Position numbers and translations under genes: made by a program. The notes below the pieces were generated by a model. That model ran no database searches. It saw only the letters and a list, made by a program, of their open reading frames with translations, and had not been told where the DNA came from. From a virus, in the IMG/VR virus record IMGVR_UViG_3300035698_022838, positions 98,881 to 162,880 of that record: 64,000 nt of DNA. One strand, given 5' to 3'. Each line of letters begins with the position of its first letter. Positions within the stretch are counted from its first letter, which is position 1. Below, one piece after another: positions 1-9,967 of the stretch.

Positions 1-380
1 ACGGTAGCAGATGAAACTACTGTATTTCTTCCCTGTACTACTTGATTAAGGTCTGTAATCGGTTGGTTTAGTTGATTTGGTTGTGACTCTGAATTAATAC
101 CATCAAAATCAACTTTGGTTGCTGGAAACAAATCTATAAACTCATCAAGTAGGGTTAAATTTATTCTTCCACTATCTTTAAATTCAACAAATATCAAATC
201 CCCCTCTGCGGTAACGTCTGAATACTTTTCCATGTTACCCATGCGGTCACCTTTTTTCCACATGAAATCTTTGGTAGAGAGTTCAGCTTTAATCTCTTCT
301 AAACTTTTATCTTTGAAATTCATTTTTATTCTTTTTTTATCAGAGAAGTATTTTTCTCTCCATTTTTTAAGCAATCGCAT
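1..380 (-). CDS. Hypothetical protein, runs off the left edge (MRLLKKWREKYFSDKKRIKMNFKDKSLEEIK...)
   Basis: Manual translation: open from ATG 380 (alternative ATG 323) to base 1; GGAGG just upstream; absent from the ORF track because it is truncated. Confidence 0.7.
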   Translation of the reverse strand, partial: MRLLKKWREKYFSDKKRIKMNFKDKSLEEIKAELSTKDFMWKKGDRMGNMEKYSDVTAEGDLIFVEFKDSGRINLTLLDEFIDLFPATKVDFDGINSESQPNQLNQPITDLNQVVQGRNTVVSSAT

Positions 381-500
381 TTATCCTCCAAATAAAGTTG
401 TACAGTTTACTCCTGCGCTACGTATTTCTAAATACTATTATGGGTAGCATTCATTACGATTAAGATTTATACAATAAAAAGTTGGTTATGTTCCAATAAA

Positions 501-533
501 TTATACTTTTGTTGCAAATTTTTGACGTGCGTT
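501..533. repeat. 33-bp direct repeat, copy 1 (copy 2 at 1444-1476)
   Basis: ttatacttttgttgcaaatttttgacgtgcgtt vs ttatgcttttgttgcaaacttttggcgtgcgtt, 30/33 identical. Confidence 0.9.
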
Positions 534-547
534 ACTCTAATAAACAT

Positions 548-1444
548 TTAAAACCCTATAGAACTAAGACCAGACACTAGATCCATTACTTTTTCATATT
601 CCTTAGGAATTATTATATCTTTTCTAATATCTGCAAAATCTTCATTATTCCACATATCTTTAAGCATTATTATAACCCTACCTGGATTTAACTTAAGTTC
701 TTTATTGAAATAATCAGGGTCCAATAAACTTAAAATAAGATCACTCGCTCTTTTCTTATCACTAATTTCGATATGGTATCCAGTTTCATAGTAATCAGTA
801 TCAATATTTCCATTAAGTATACGTAACCATGTTTCTATATTCCACCCAAATTCTTTATCTGGACGTATTAAAAAAGCATCACATTGAAACATTCCACCAA
901 TTTCATTTGGTGCTCCTTTAAGCGAGATCAAGCTATTACCGAAACACGAAAAATCTCCACCAACTTTATCTGGTGCTCCCTCTAAATTAATTAAATTATT
1001 TTCATAACAAAGAAAATCCCCAGGAACCTCTAGTGGTGCTCCTTTTAGTGTGGCTAGCTTATTGTTGGAGCAATCAAATAGATCACCCATATACTTTTTA
1101 GGAGACCCATCTAAAGTAGTTAGCATATTACTAGAACAATTAAACCATCCACCAACATATTCGGGTGCACAATCTAAAGAAATTAAATCTCTCTCGTAAC
1201 AATTAAAATGTTCAGTAACCTGTCCAAATTTTATACCTTTTATCTTTCCAAACCAAACCATCTTTCCCTTGCTATTAGCAAAATCAAAGCTACCCTTTAT
1301 ATCTATAGTTCCATCAAGATTTTCTTTCCAGGTTCCTGTTGTGCATTTATTCAGAAAATTAACTTGCCTTTTAGTTAGGTTACTATTTTCTTCAGTTGAA
1401 TAGTTTTCGTATAATTTTATATGTTTCATATTCATTTTATTCAT
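548..1444 (-). CDS. LRR-like 22-aa repeat protein (VGGxFxCxxNxLxSLxGAP) with N-terminal MKHIKLYENY tag
   Basis: About five 22-aa repeats (LDCAP, LDGSP, LKGAP, LEGAP, LKGAP); possible start at ATG 1429. Confidence 0.75.
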   Translation of the reverse strand: MNKMNMKHIKLYENYSTEENSNLTKRQVNFLNKCTTGTWKENLDGTIDIKGSFDFANSKGKMVWFGKIKGIKFGQVTEHFNCYERDLISLDCAPEYVGGWFNCSSNMLTTLDGSPKKYMGDLFDCSNNKLATLKGAPLEVPGDFLCYENNLINLEGAPDKVGGDFSCFGNSLISLKGAPNEIGGMFQCDAFLIRPDKEFGWNIETWLRILNGNIDTDYYETGYHIEISDKKRASDLILSLLDPDYFNKELKLNPGRVIIMLKDMWNNEDFADIRKDIIIPKEYEKVMDLVSGLSSIGF

Positions 1445-2370
1445 TATGCTTTTGTTGCAAACTTTTGGCGTGCGTTGGTATACATCTCCTCGATATGTGC
1501 CTCGGGGATTGTATTCTTTAACATTTCCATGACTTGCTTAAGTTCTTTGGATTCTGTTTCGTGTCTAGATTTAATAGTATCTGATGCCTCATCATTTATG
1601 TCCCATTTATGATATTTAAACAACTGCATCAGATGATCTACAAGGCCTCTTTGTTGTATTTCTGAATCGTGACCTAAACCAACTTTAATTAGATAAGATG
1701 TACTTGGACTACTTAATGCATCATGTAAAGAATCATGTTCGCACTCATGAACACCACTTTTAGTTCTAAATTTAAAGCATGTTTTTCCACCTTTCTTTTT
1801 CATAGTAACAGCTGGATGTATTTCATTCTCATTGGTATAAACTCTAAATCCTTTGAATGGATCTAATTTATCTCTTTTAGTTAGTTCTACTTGCATACCA
1901 TTATCAAGATCAAGTTCATATATGCCATTTGAAGTTTCCATAAATGATTTTGAGTTTGATTGTATTCCTAATAAATCACAAAGTATATTTGCATCTTCTT
2001 CAATATTATTGATTTTATCATCAGACCTAAACATATCTTCTATATAGGATTCTACAAAAGTATCAAATGAATCAGAATTCTCTTGAGTTTTAAACCAATT
2101 CATATCAGTTTTAATATTGACAACATCAAACTCTGGTGATGATTCATCAATATCACAACATTTTTCTGGTATCGAAACTGAATTGTTTCTGTACTTCATT
2201 GCAACATTACCATCATTAATACCATAGGATAAATGCTTCTCTCCTTTCTTAGGTATTCTAATCTTTAACGTATTATCATCTAATGGTCCTATTATACCAA
2301 TATCACTTTTTCCTTGCATCTTTGATTCATTTATGCTGGAATATTCAGAAAAATAATATATTTTATTCAT
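1444..2370 (-). CDS. Hypothetical, probable capsid-internal protein
   Basis: Long ORF; likely start MNKIYYFSEYSSINES at 2370. Confidence 0.7.
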   Translation of the reverse strand: MNKIYYFSEYSSINESKMQGKSDIGIIGPLDDNTLKIRIPKKGEKHLSYGINDGNVAMKYRNNSVSIPEKCCDIDESSPEFDVVNIKTDMNWFKTQENSDSFDTFVESYIEDMFRSDDKINNIEEDANILCDLLGIQSNSKSFMETSNGIYELDLDNGMQVELTKRDKLDPFKGFRVYTNENEIHPAVTMKKKGGKTCFKFRTKSGVHECEHDSLHDALSSPSTSYLIKVGLGHDSEIQQRGLVDHLMQLFKYHKWDINDEASDTIKSRHETESKELKQVMEMLKNTIPEAHIEEMYTNARQKFATKA

Positions 2371-2800
2371 TTTCTCCAAAAAAGACCTCAATTCTAAAAT
2401 CCTTAGGATTCATAGATTTTTTCATATCTATAACTGCTTTGGATGGTTTAGATGGTATGAGTTTACTTAATTTTCTACAGTGAACAGAAGAAAGCGGAAT
2501 ATTCTCATCAGGTACAATATCTAATTCAATTTCATTAGGTTCATTGGGATAATCATCTGTTTTAATTTCTAGTTCTATATTATTAATCTGGAAATTAATG
2601 TCATTGATACCTTTCTTGTTTCTGTCTATAGAAATTGTATATTCAACCTCACAATCAAGTCCATCTATATCAGAAACTTCAGGTGGACGGTTTATAACAT
2701 CAACATCTAGATATTCTAATTCGCAGGAAAAAGTATATTCGCTAGTAACTTTTTTCTTATTGTCACTATTATATGATTCATAGTCGTAGATTCTCGGCAT
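2363..2800 (-). CDS. Hypothetical acidic late protein
   Basis: 145-aa ORF preceded by the GATATATA late motif at 2827-2834. Confidence 0.7.
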   Translation of the reverse strand: MPRIYDYESYNSDNKKKVTSEYTFSCELEYLDVDVINRPPEVSDIDGLDCEVEYTISIDRNKKGINDINFQINNIELEIKTDDYPNEPNEIELDIVPDENIPLSSVHCRKLSKLIPSKPSKAVIDMKKSMNPKDFRIEVFFGENE

Positions 2801-2912
2801 TTCGAATGTTCACTTTTTTTATGTATTATATATCTCACTCAATTTTTTATTATTTAAAAGTCATCAACAATCCAATATTGTCAATATATAAGACGAATAT
2901 AAATAGTACACC

Positions 2913-3644
2913 ATGAAAGAACTTAAACCCGAATGGTTCATCCAGCATCCAATAGATCAGGAGCATAAGCAGTACATTTTATTAGACTTCTTAAAAAGTG
3001 TAAATTCTGATATCAAAAAAGATGACATCTATCATCCAATCAAAAAGATACTTACGATCATAAATGAAATTTCAATTGCAAAAAAATTTATAAAAGATGG
3101 TATGAAAAGAATTGACGTAAACCAATCATCAAGAACTAATGATATGTTGGATAAGATTAAAAAAATCCAATTATCACAAGAAGAAAAAATAGAAGTACAT
3201 GGAATTATAGATTCATCACTTGACATTCTGTATAAATATGCAGAATTAGGAATGGATTTATGGAAAAACGCAGAAGATCGGATTAGTATATTTGAACTTG
3301 ATAATCCAATAAATGCAGAAAGATCTATAGATTTTGGGTTTCTAGTTTTTAGAAATATGGTTAATGACGAATTACTAGCCTATTTCTGGCAAAATGGAAA
3401 TCTTAATGCTGATGCAGTAGGTACTGTTATGAAAAAAGTATCTATGATAAATCCACGTTTTTCATTGTCATATGATTTTATAGCACATGAACTAACGCAA
3501 TCAATAGATATTAATAGTAAATTTTCACCAAGAGTAACAATAGTAGAAATTGCAGAAGACTTCGGAGAAGATTCAGTTATAATAAAGATTGCAAAAGAGA
3601 TCTTTATGAATGAAATGTCATCTAATAAAGAAATGGAAAGATAA
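2913..3644 (+). CDS. Hypothetical protein
   Basis: 243-aa ORF filling the gap between minus-strand genes; TATAAATA just upstream. Confidence 0.7.
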   Translation: MKELKPEWFIQHPIDQEHKQYILLDFLKSVNSDIKKDDIYHPIKKILTIINEISIAKKFIKDGMKRIDVNQSSRTNDMLDKIKKIQLSQEEKIEVHGIIDSSLDILYKYAELGMDLWKNAEDRISIFELDNPINAERSIDFGFLVFRNMVNDELLAYFWQNGNLNADAVGTVMKKVSMINPRFSLSYDFIAHELTQSIDINSKFSPRVTIVEIAEDFGEDSVIIKIAKEIFMNEMSSNKEMER

Positions 3645-3646
3645 TT

Positions 3647-4318
3647 TTATTTTTTATCTCTCCATACATTATCTATTAAAGAAATACCCTCGTGTTGTGA
3701 TGCAAGTTTCTTTTTGATTATACCAAACCTACGGTTATCCATGGTCCAAAATGCTTCATTAAACCATATATCTGGGCTATCCCAAGATAACTTATCTAAT
3801 GCATTTAATATAATATTTCTTGATGATTGAGGTAACATTATACAATGTGCTAATATAATCTTATTTGTTATATAAAAGTCTGGGTAATTATCATCAAATC
3901 CAAGTATAGGTGACTGTAAAAACGTACCAACATGCGTATCTCCCAATGATAGGTATGCTAAATTGTTAAAGTCAGCAAAAGCGATAGCCTCTTCTACCTT
4001 TTTAATGAACGTCAAATAATCGGTTTCTAATATACAATCACATTCACATAGCATTAAGGCATCAATGTCATCTGTGAAATTATCAATTATTGCTTTCTTA
4101 AAAGATTGGAATGCACCATAGTGTCCAGGTCCATGGTTGGTTGCTTCAGAAAACGTTATTGCAGCAGGATCTTTCCAATCATCGCCATGATATCTCTCAT
4201 TGAGTTGCATAATATATTCCATTCCCGCTTTCGCGCCTAAAGGAGCTAATGATCTAATAGATGCTGTTTCTCTAGCATCATCAGGTTCAGTTAGTATATG
4301 TACTAGTTTTATATTCAT
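3647..4318 (-). CDS. Putative GT-A fold glycosyltransferase (GT25-like)
   Basis: GHYGAFQSF and LMLCECDC (DxD-like) segments, LAHCIML, SPDIWF; likely start 4318. Confidence 0.5.
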   Translation of the reverse strand: MNIKLVHILTEPDDARETASIRSLAPLGAKAGMEYIMQLNERYHGDDWKDPAAITFSEATNHGPGHYGAFQSFKKAIIDNFTDDIDALMLCECDCILETDYLTFIKKVEEAIAFADFNNLAYLSLGDTHVGTFLQSPILGFDDNYPDFYITNKIILAHCIMLPQSSRNIILNALDKLSWDSPDIWFNEAFWTMDNRRFGIIKKKLASQHEGISLIDNVWRDKK

Positions 4319-4339
4319 TTTATATTTATACCACAAAAA

Positions 4340-4367
4340 AAAGACAAGTTTCGATAAACTTGTCTTT
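4340..4367 (-). terminator. Intrinsic terminator overlapping the -35 of a middle-class promoter
   Basis: aaagacaagttt-cgat-aaacttgtcttt perfect inverted repeat with a U-tract on the minus strand. Confidence 0.8.
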
Positions 4368-4389
4368 GTATATACTGATTAAAAAAAAA

Positions 4390-4740
4390 TTATTCGAAAT
4401 CCTCTAAACTAATAATAGTTGATTCATTCACTGTACTTTCATTTTCATTAGTGGCGCTACCAGTTTCTGGTAATCCAGGACCTCCAATCGCATTAATATA
4501 TTCTCTATCTTTACTTGCATTATATCCTGGAACTTCTATACCAGCTTTTTCTGGATTAAATATAGCATCTGCATACCCAACCCAATCATAAGCAGGTTCC
4601 CTTTTAATTTTATGTAATCCTGTCCTTTCTTCGCTAGTTTGATTTTCCTTAGAAAGGGGTTTGAAATTCTCATCATGTACCTTTGCTTTGAATTGATCAA
4701 AGTCTAGTAATTCTCTTTTTGAAACGTCGTTTATATTCAT
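4390..4740 (-). CDS. Hypothetical late protein
   Basis: 116 aa; LLDFDQF and VNES motifs. Confidence 0.65.
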   Translation of the reverse strand: MNINDVSKRELLDFDQFKAKVHDENFKPLSKENQTSEERTGLHKIKREPAYDWVGYADAIFNPEKAGIEVPGYNASKDREYINAIGGPGLPETGSATNENESTVNESTIISLEDFE

Positions 4741-4754
4741 AGTTGTATTTTTTA

Positions 4755-5450
4755 TTAATCACCCAAACTTTTACCATCGGTAGTACCTAGTGAATTTTTA
4801 CTTCCTCCGCCTATAGAACTTAGCTTATTCATAAAAGTAGTTAATATATTTTCAGGCTCTGCTTGTTTAGAGGTTAATTTAGTTCCCTTCTTTTCCATTT
4901 CATCTCTTAGTGTCCTAGCCATTTTACTTTTTTCTCCACCATCTAACGATTTTACAAAATCGTCGCCAGTGGTTGGTTTAAAATCACCAAACACACCAAG
5001 ATAAAAAGCTTCAAGTTTTTCTCTAAATTCTGCTTTTTTGGTCTCGTTGCTGAACATTTCAGCAATTGTTCTATATAGATAACCAGTTGGATCAATCCCT
5101 AAATTCTCAGCAATACCATCTAAACCTTTTTCAACTAAAAATTCCATAGTAGCATCAGCAGCCTTTGGTGCTAAATATTCTGGTTTTGCTTTTGCACCAA
5201 ACATAATAGGAACGAAATCCATTATAGGTATCTGTTCCACAAAGTTTTGTACTAGTTTACTGAAAATGGAGGTTTCCATTATACCAAGGTGACTAAGAAG
5301 AAATGCTGAGATCTTACCTTTAATAACATCAGTGATTGAATCATACCCTTTACCTAATAGGGTACCAATGTTATCAAACAGACCTTCATCTAATCTAGTT
5401 TCTGGATCCAACTTACGAAAGTCGTTGAAATTCTTTATATTATTATTCAT
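4755..5450 (-). CDS. Hypothetical, probable capsid-internal protein
   Basis: IKNFNDF...LDEG N-terminus; late motif at 5471-5478. Confidence 0.7.
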   Translation of the reverse strand: MNNNIKNFNDFRKLDPETRLDEGLFDNIGTLLGKGYDSITDVIKGKISAFLLSHLGIMETSIFSKLVQNFVEQIPIMDFVPIMFGAKAKPEYLAPKAADATMEFLVEKGLDGIAENLGIDPTGYLYRTIAEMFSNETKKAEFREKLEAFYLGVFGDFKPTTGDDFVKSLDGGEKSKMARTLRDEMEKKGTKLTSKQAEPENILTTFMNKLSSIGGGSKNSLGTTDGKSLGD

Positions 5451-5503
5451 TAGATAGAATTCTTTTTCTTTATATATCTATCCTTGAATAAATTATTTGG
5501 TCT

Positions 5504-6898
5504 TTATTCGGTGTATAAATTAACCGCTTTGTATCGATATGCTATCTTATCAGCTTTTATTTGTGGATTCTTGAGAGCTTCTTTTTTCCTGCTTACAATT
5601 TCTTCAGGTAATAAAGGACCAAATGTATCCTTTAATATCTTTTTGTCAGTTCTCCATTCCAAAGGTAAATGTAAAGCAAACCTAATAATATCGAGATTTA
5701 AGAATGGACTACGTAGCTCTAATGTATGTGCCATAGACATCTTATCAAGTCTTGGTAAATGATAATACGTAAGCTCTTCGAAAATGTCGGATTTCTGAGA
5801 ATCGTATTCGTGGATTCTTTTATACCCACCAAATGATTCATCTGCACCATCCCCGCTAAGTACAATACGATAACCACCAAATCTTTTCACTGCATCAAAC
5901 AAATGATATTGAGGAAGAACAGATCCTAAATCAATTGGGCTTTCGTTCCATTTCTTATAGATTTCTACGTTCTTGGAATCATCCATATGGTAATCAAGAA
6001 AAGATACTTCGGTATCTAAGTACTTGGATAGTAATTCAACATATTCTCGTTCACCATTTTCAATACTAAACCACCTAACATCTGCTTTCATTTGATGTAA
6101 AATAGCAGCAATAATCGATGAATCTAAACCACCAGAGATCAAAAGTGATATTGGATAGTCTTTTGAAACTAATCTATTCTTAACTGCTTCGAACATTTTA
6201 CCCCATAACCATTCCATATGGGTTTCATAGTCTGCTCCAATAAGTTCAGCTATAGGAACATCAAAACCTTTATAATATTCTTTGTAAATATTCTTAAACT
6301 CAGGAACATCAATATTATAAGAATAAATATTATTTGGAATGAATCTTTTGATGTCTGAATACATCGTGCGATCATCAGTATTATATCCCCATTTTCTAAT
6401 GGTACTAACTAAGGTTTCATCCTTAGTAGAATTATCATACACTAAACCTTTAACTTCTGAGCAAACTTCACCCATAGCATTATAATAAAGGCATTTCTTA
6501 CCAAGTGGATCTGTGAAAACTATTAGATCATTAGTATTCGCATCCCATATTGTTATCGCCCAAAAACCATCCCATGTTTGAATTTCTGGTAAAAACATAC
6601 TACAAAACATTTCAAATGATCCACCTTTATATCTTCCAAATAGATTACATAGATATTCTATATCAGATGCAAATTGGCTGGTGTCATAGTTGAATATCTC
6701 ACCATTAAACATTAGATAAATACCAGGGGAAACTTCTTTTGGCTGATTCCATTCATCATGATCTGCAGTTTGAATAGGTAATCTATGATGACATAAAAGA
6801 AGATCATTCATAAAAATGGAGGATTTTTCAGTTCCTCTATGTTTTATTGAGGCTATTCTTTCTTCTGTACCATCTCTGGTAATTATAATTCCGCACAT
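5504..6898 (-). CDS. Asparagine synthetase B-like glutamine amidotransferase
   Basis: N-terminal MCGI (Ntn Cys), FNGEIFN, PP-loop SGGLDSS, SGDGADE, DKMSMAHTLELRSPFL. Confidence 0.9.
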   Translation of the reverse strand: MCGIIITRDGTEERIASIKHRGTEKSSIFMNDLLLCHHRLPIQTADHDEWNQPKEVSPGIYLMFNGEIFNYDTSQFASDIEYLCNLFGRYKGGSFEMFCSMFLPEIQTWDGFWAITIWDANTNDLIVFTDPLGKKCLYYNAMGEVCSEVKGLVYDNSTKDETLVSTIRKWGYNTDDRTMYSDIKRFIPNNIYSYNIDVPEFKNIYKEYYKGFDVPIAELIGADYETHMEWLWGKMFEAVKNRLVSKDYPISLLISGGLDSSIIAAILHQMKADVRWFSIENGEREYVELLSKYLDTEVSFLDYHMDDSKNVEIYKKWNESPIDLGSVLPQYHLFDAVKRFGGYRIVLSGDGADESFGGYKRIHEYDSQKSDIFEELTYYHLPRLDKMSMAHTLELRSPFLNLDIIRFALHLPLEWRTDKKILKDTFGPLLPEEIVSRKKEALKNPQIKADKIAYRYKAVNLYTE

Positions 6899-6901
6899 AT
6901 A

Positions 6902-7453
6902 TTAAAATAGTTTTTCAAATTGTGTTAATACCTTTGTGTCAAAAGTATTCTGTATAAGGTGTGTCTCAATGTTATATGGATGATTAGCTAAAATGTCCCT
7001 GAATTTTTCAGATAGTTCTATTTCTTTTTGATTACCATCCCAAGAATCCCAATTGTCCTTAGCCCGCGCAATAGCCCCCGCGACTGGGTTTTGTCCACTC
7101 ACATGTATAATTCTGCAATTATCCAATAGGTTCATATCACAGACTAATTTCAATTGTAGCATTGCTTCATCCTCAGAAATCCGTTCAGTCAAAACACCCC
7201 AACTAAAAACGCTTATTATACCTCGATCAATAACTAGATTATCTTTTATAATACCATCTCGATTTAGTTGTAATAACATGGATTCCTTACCTAGGGCAAA
7301 TAGATGAGCTCTTTCATCATCATTTATTAAACCCAATCCACTAAACCATTCACCAAAGTCATATCTAAACTTCCTGTGGCCACTCATATTGGAATAATAA
7401 TTTGCTAGAAAAGATTTACCTGAGCCTCTAGCACCCTCAAATATTGTTAACAT
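6902..7453 (-). CDS. P-loop nucleotide kinase (thymidylate kinase-like)
   Basis: IFEGARGSGKS Walker A and VIDR motif. Confidence 0.7.
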   Translation of the reverse strand: MLTIFEGARGSGKSFLANYYSNMSGHRKFRYDFGEWFSGLGLINDDERAHLFALGKESMLLQLNRDGIIKDNLVIDRGIISVFSWGVLTERISEDEAMLQLKLVCDMNLLDNCRIIHVSGQNPVAGAIARAKDNWDSWDGNQKEIELSEKFRDILANHPYNIETHLIQNTFDTKVLTQFEKLF

Positions 7454-7512
7454 AAATAAATTTACTTTATAATTTTACAACTAAAACCAATAATAATTTC
7501 GTCACATATTAA

Positions 7513-7538
7513 AAAAGCAGGAATTAATTCCTGCTTTT
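7513..7538. terminator. Intrinsic terminator (bidirectional form)
   Basis: aaaagcaggaattaattcctgctttt palindrome. Confidence 0.75.
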
Positions 7539-7563
7539 GTTTCATTTAAAATGAGATATACTA

Positions 7564-9966
7564 TTAATTCTCATTTTTTCTGAGAATTTCAATATTCTTT
7601 GATATTGATGGTTTAATATCATCTACCTCAGAAATTTCAATTCTTGTTAAATGCTTATCTTTTGCATTTGTAATATACTTTATCTTCTTTAGAGTTTCGC
7701 CTACTTTATCAATAGTATTATCTTTCATACCATTATTAATCTCATCAAAGCCAATAACTTCTATTCCTGAATTTTCCTTACTTCCGATCTTACTCTTTAG
7801 GAAAGTAAGATTTTCTTTACTTAATGTTCCTTTTTTACCAAATGTTTTGTTCTTCACAATTGTTTTTAACATTTCAGTTGGTTGGGTTTCGAACTTTTCT
7901 GCCATATAATCTAGAGCACAAACCCAATTTTTATCCTTAGCATCATATGTAATTAAATATGATAATAGTATACAAACATTATAAATAAATCTTAATTCAT
8001 CAGGATCTAGATTCTCTGGATTTATTTTTGAACCAGCTATACTTTTTATTGCCTGGTAAATATCATTAAAATCATCAGGTCTTAAGTAACCTTCTTCTAT
8101 ATCCTCTTTATGTGGTCTGATTGCATCCATAACTGAATTGTATGAAATTTCTATATCAGAACCTCCATTCTTTGCCATTCTCATATTATAATCTAATACA
8201 TCATCCACAAGATTTACTTTTGATTCCTTTTCCACACCAGCAAAATTCTTATAATATGAGGTATACCATTTACCAAAAGCATTTATATCTTCTTCGTCAT
8301 CACCATTAATTTCACTATACTTTGACCAGTTACATGGCTTATTCACATTAGACTCGGTTCTTTTGGTTGAGTATAATCCACCATTACCATCTTCGTCCTC
8401 GATGAAGAAATAAGAATTCTTTCTGTCACCTCTAACTGCTTCTATCCAGGAACTTAAAAACTCATGCGGGTAAGAACCTTTTAAGCTACCATCATCCCTA
8501 AGAAAATCTTCGCTTTCAACGTGCTTATTATAACCTTTTGTTCTTAATAGTTTAGCTAGTTTTTCAGCTAATGCTACTTCAGTCTTTGCTGCATGTCCAG
8601 GATCATCTGATGATGCTGGTCCAAGTTCTTCAGAATATTTTTTAATCTCCTCCTCTATCTCATCAGGATCAATGTATGTTGATTCTAACATTTTCATAAA
8701 TCCGCTAGATTTTAATACAGATCTAGATTCACTAATACTAGAATAATATTTCCTTAATTTAGCTAAACTGTCTTTTATAGCATCTTTATCATCTTTTGAA
8801 ACCTGGTCTAGCTTCAGTATAGAATCTAACATTGCTTTGTCGAACTTACCATCGGCATTCTTATTACCTAACGTACCCTGTATGGTCTTAATAGCTACAG
8901 AGGTCCCAGCTTCAAATTTACCATCTGCTCCACCTCTAGGTGAAAGTAAATTCTTAATAGGTACGTAAGCATTTATTAGGGCCTTCTGTAATGCTTCAAT
9001 TATACCAGAGCCTTTTAATCTAGCATCAGCATCTTTATCCCCAATCTTAAGTGGAAAAACCCTATCGTTCATTTTAGATTCTTTTTCCTCTAAATCTTCC
9101 CTGATCTTTACCTCTGCTATTCCTTCTTGTGTAAATGCTTTAGTAATATAGTCCAATGCATCAGTAAGAATATCATTTAGATCACCAAACTTCTTTCCTA
9201 AATCTTCATCTTTTGCAATTTTCTTCATTATCAATTCAGTTGCCTTAACTTTATATTGACTATATTCTTGCGAAAGATTATCAACTTTCTTCTCTAGTTC
9301 AGCTAATGTTTTTCTATCCGATTCTTTTATAGTTGCTTTTTCAAGATCCATTGCCTTGGTTTTTTGCTCTAAAGTACTAAATAATCTATTCCAATCTCTA
9401 CCATAACCATTCTTTGCATCCTTTCCTTTAGAATCAGATATTAGATTAATCAGAATTTTTTTAAGTCTATCAGCTCTACCATGAAAACCTATCATCAAAG
9501 ATTCATTTAAGGCTTTTTCCATTTCTCTTGCAATAGCATCCATAGTTTTCTGTACCTTATCGCCATTGGATATAAATTTATCTATAATCTTAGCTTCTAA
9601 GGATGGATCTAATTCAACAGCTCTTTTGATTGCATCACCTATTTTATCTATGCTCTCAAGGTATAATTTTTTAATCTCAGCATAACCAGGATCAATCAAT
9701 TCAACATCAGTAGCATGATCTTTTATTTTTGCGAGCATACCTTTTACGCTAGATGAATTACCAACATCTTCTATCTTAGATCTAAATGAATCAGGATTTC
9801 TATTTTTATTAGAAGCTACATCAAAAACTATTTTTTTGAATGCGCTAAGTAATAGCTCATTCGTTTTCGATAATAAATCATTAACGTCTTCGTTTTCGAA
9901 TAATCTATACGTATCTATAGAGATCTGTTTTGCAACAGGATTTGTTTTTAAATAGTCGTTTTTCAT
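7564..9966 (-). CDS. Large coiled-coil protein with a peptidoglycan-binding-like segment, probable virion protein
   Basis: Likely start MKNDY at 9966; ADGKFEAGTSVAIKTIQ...ADGKFD resembles PG_binding_1; LFE/LNE/ISE/MLE sites. Confidence 0.6.
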   Translation of the reverse strand: MKNDYLKTNPVAKQISIDTYRLFENEDVNDLLSKTNELLLSAFKKIVFDVASNKNRNPDSFRSKIEDVGNSSSVKGMLAKIKDHATDVELIDPGYAEIKKLYLESIDKIGDAIKRAVELDPSLEAKIIDKFISNGDKVQKTMDAIAREMEKALNESLMIGFHGRADRLKKILINLISDSKGKDAKNGYGRDWNRLFSTLEQKTKAMDLEKATIKESDRKTLAELEKKVDNLSQEYSQYKVKATELIMKKIAKDEDLGKKFGDLNDILTDALDYITKAFTQEGIAEVKIREDLEEKESKMNDRVFPLKIGDKDADARLKGSGIIEALQKALINAYVPIKNLLSPRGGADGKFEAGTSVAIKTIQGTLGNKNADGKFDKAMLDSILKLDQVSKDDKDAIKDSLAKLRKYYSSISESRSVLKSSGFMKMLESTYIDPDEIEEEIKKYSEELGPASSDDPGHAAKTEVALAEKLAKLLRTKGYNKHVESEDFLRDDGSLKGSYPHEFLSSWIEAVRGDRKNSYFFIEDEDGNGGLYSTKRTESNVNKPCNWSKYSEINGDDEEDINAFGKWYTSYYKNFAGVEKESKVNLVDDVLDYNMRMAKNGGSDIEISYNSVMDAIRPHKEDIEEGYLRPDDFNDIYQAIKSIAGSKINPENLDPDELRFIYNVCILLSYLITYDAKDKNWVCALDYMAEKFETQPTEMLKTIVKNKTFGKKGTLSKENLTFLKSKIGSKENSGIEVIGFDEINNGMKDNTIDKVGETLKKIKYITNAKDKHLTRIEISEVDDIKPSISKNIEILRKNEN

Positions 9967-9967
9967 A

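Noticed and set aside
501-1476. Diversity-generating retroelement TR/VR pair
   Set aside because: Only 33 bp long, mismatches not confined to adenines on one strand, and no reverse transcriptase in the window
5504-6898. Lasso peptide cyclase cluster
   Set aside because: Intact Ntn glutaminase Cys, and no B protein or precursor peptide nearby
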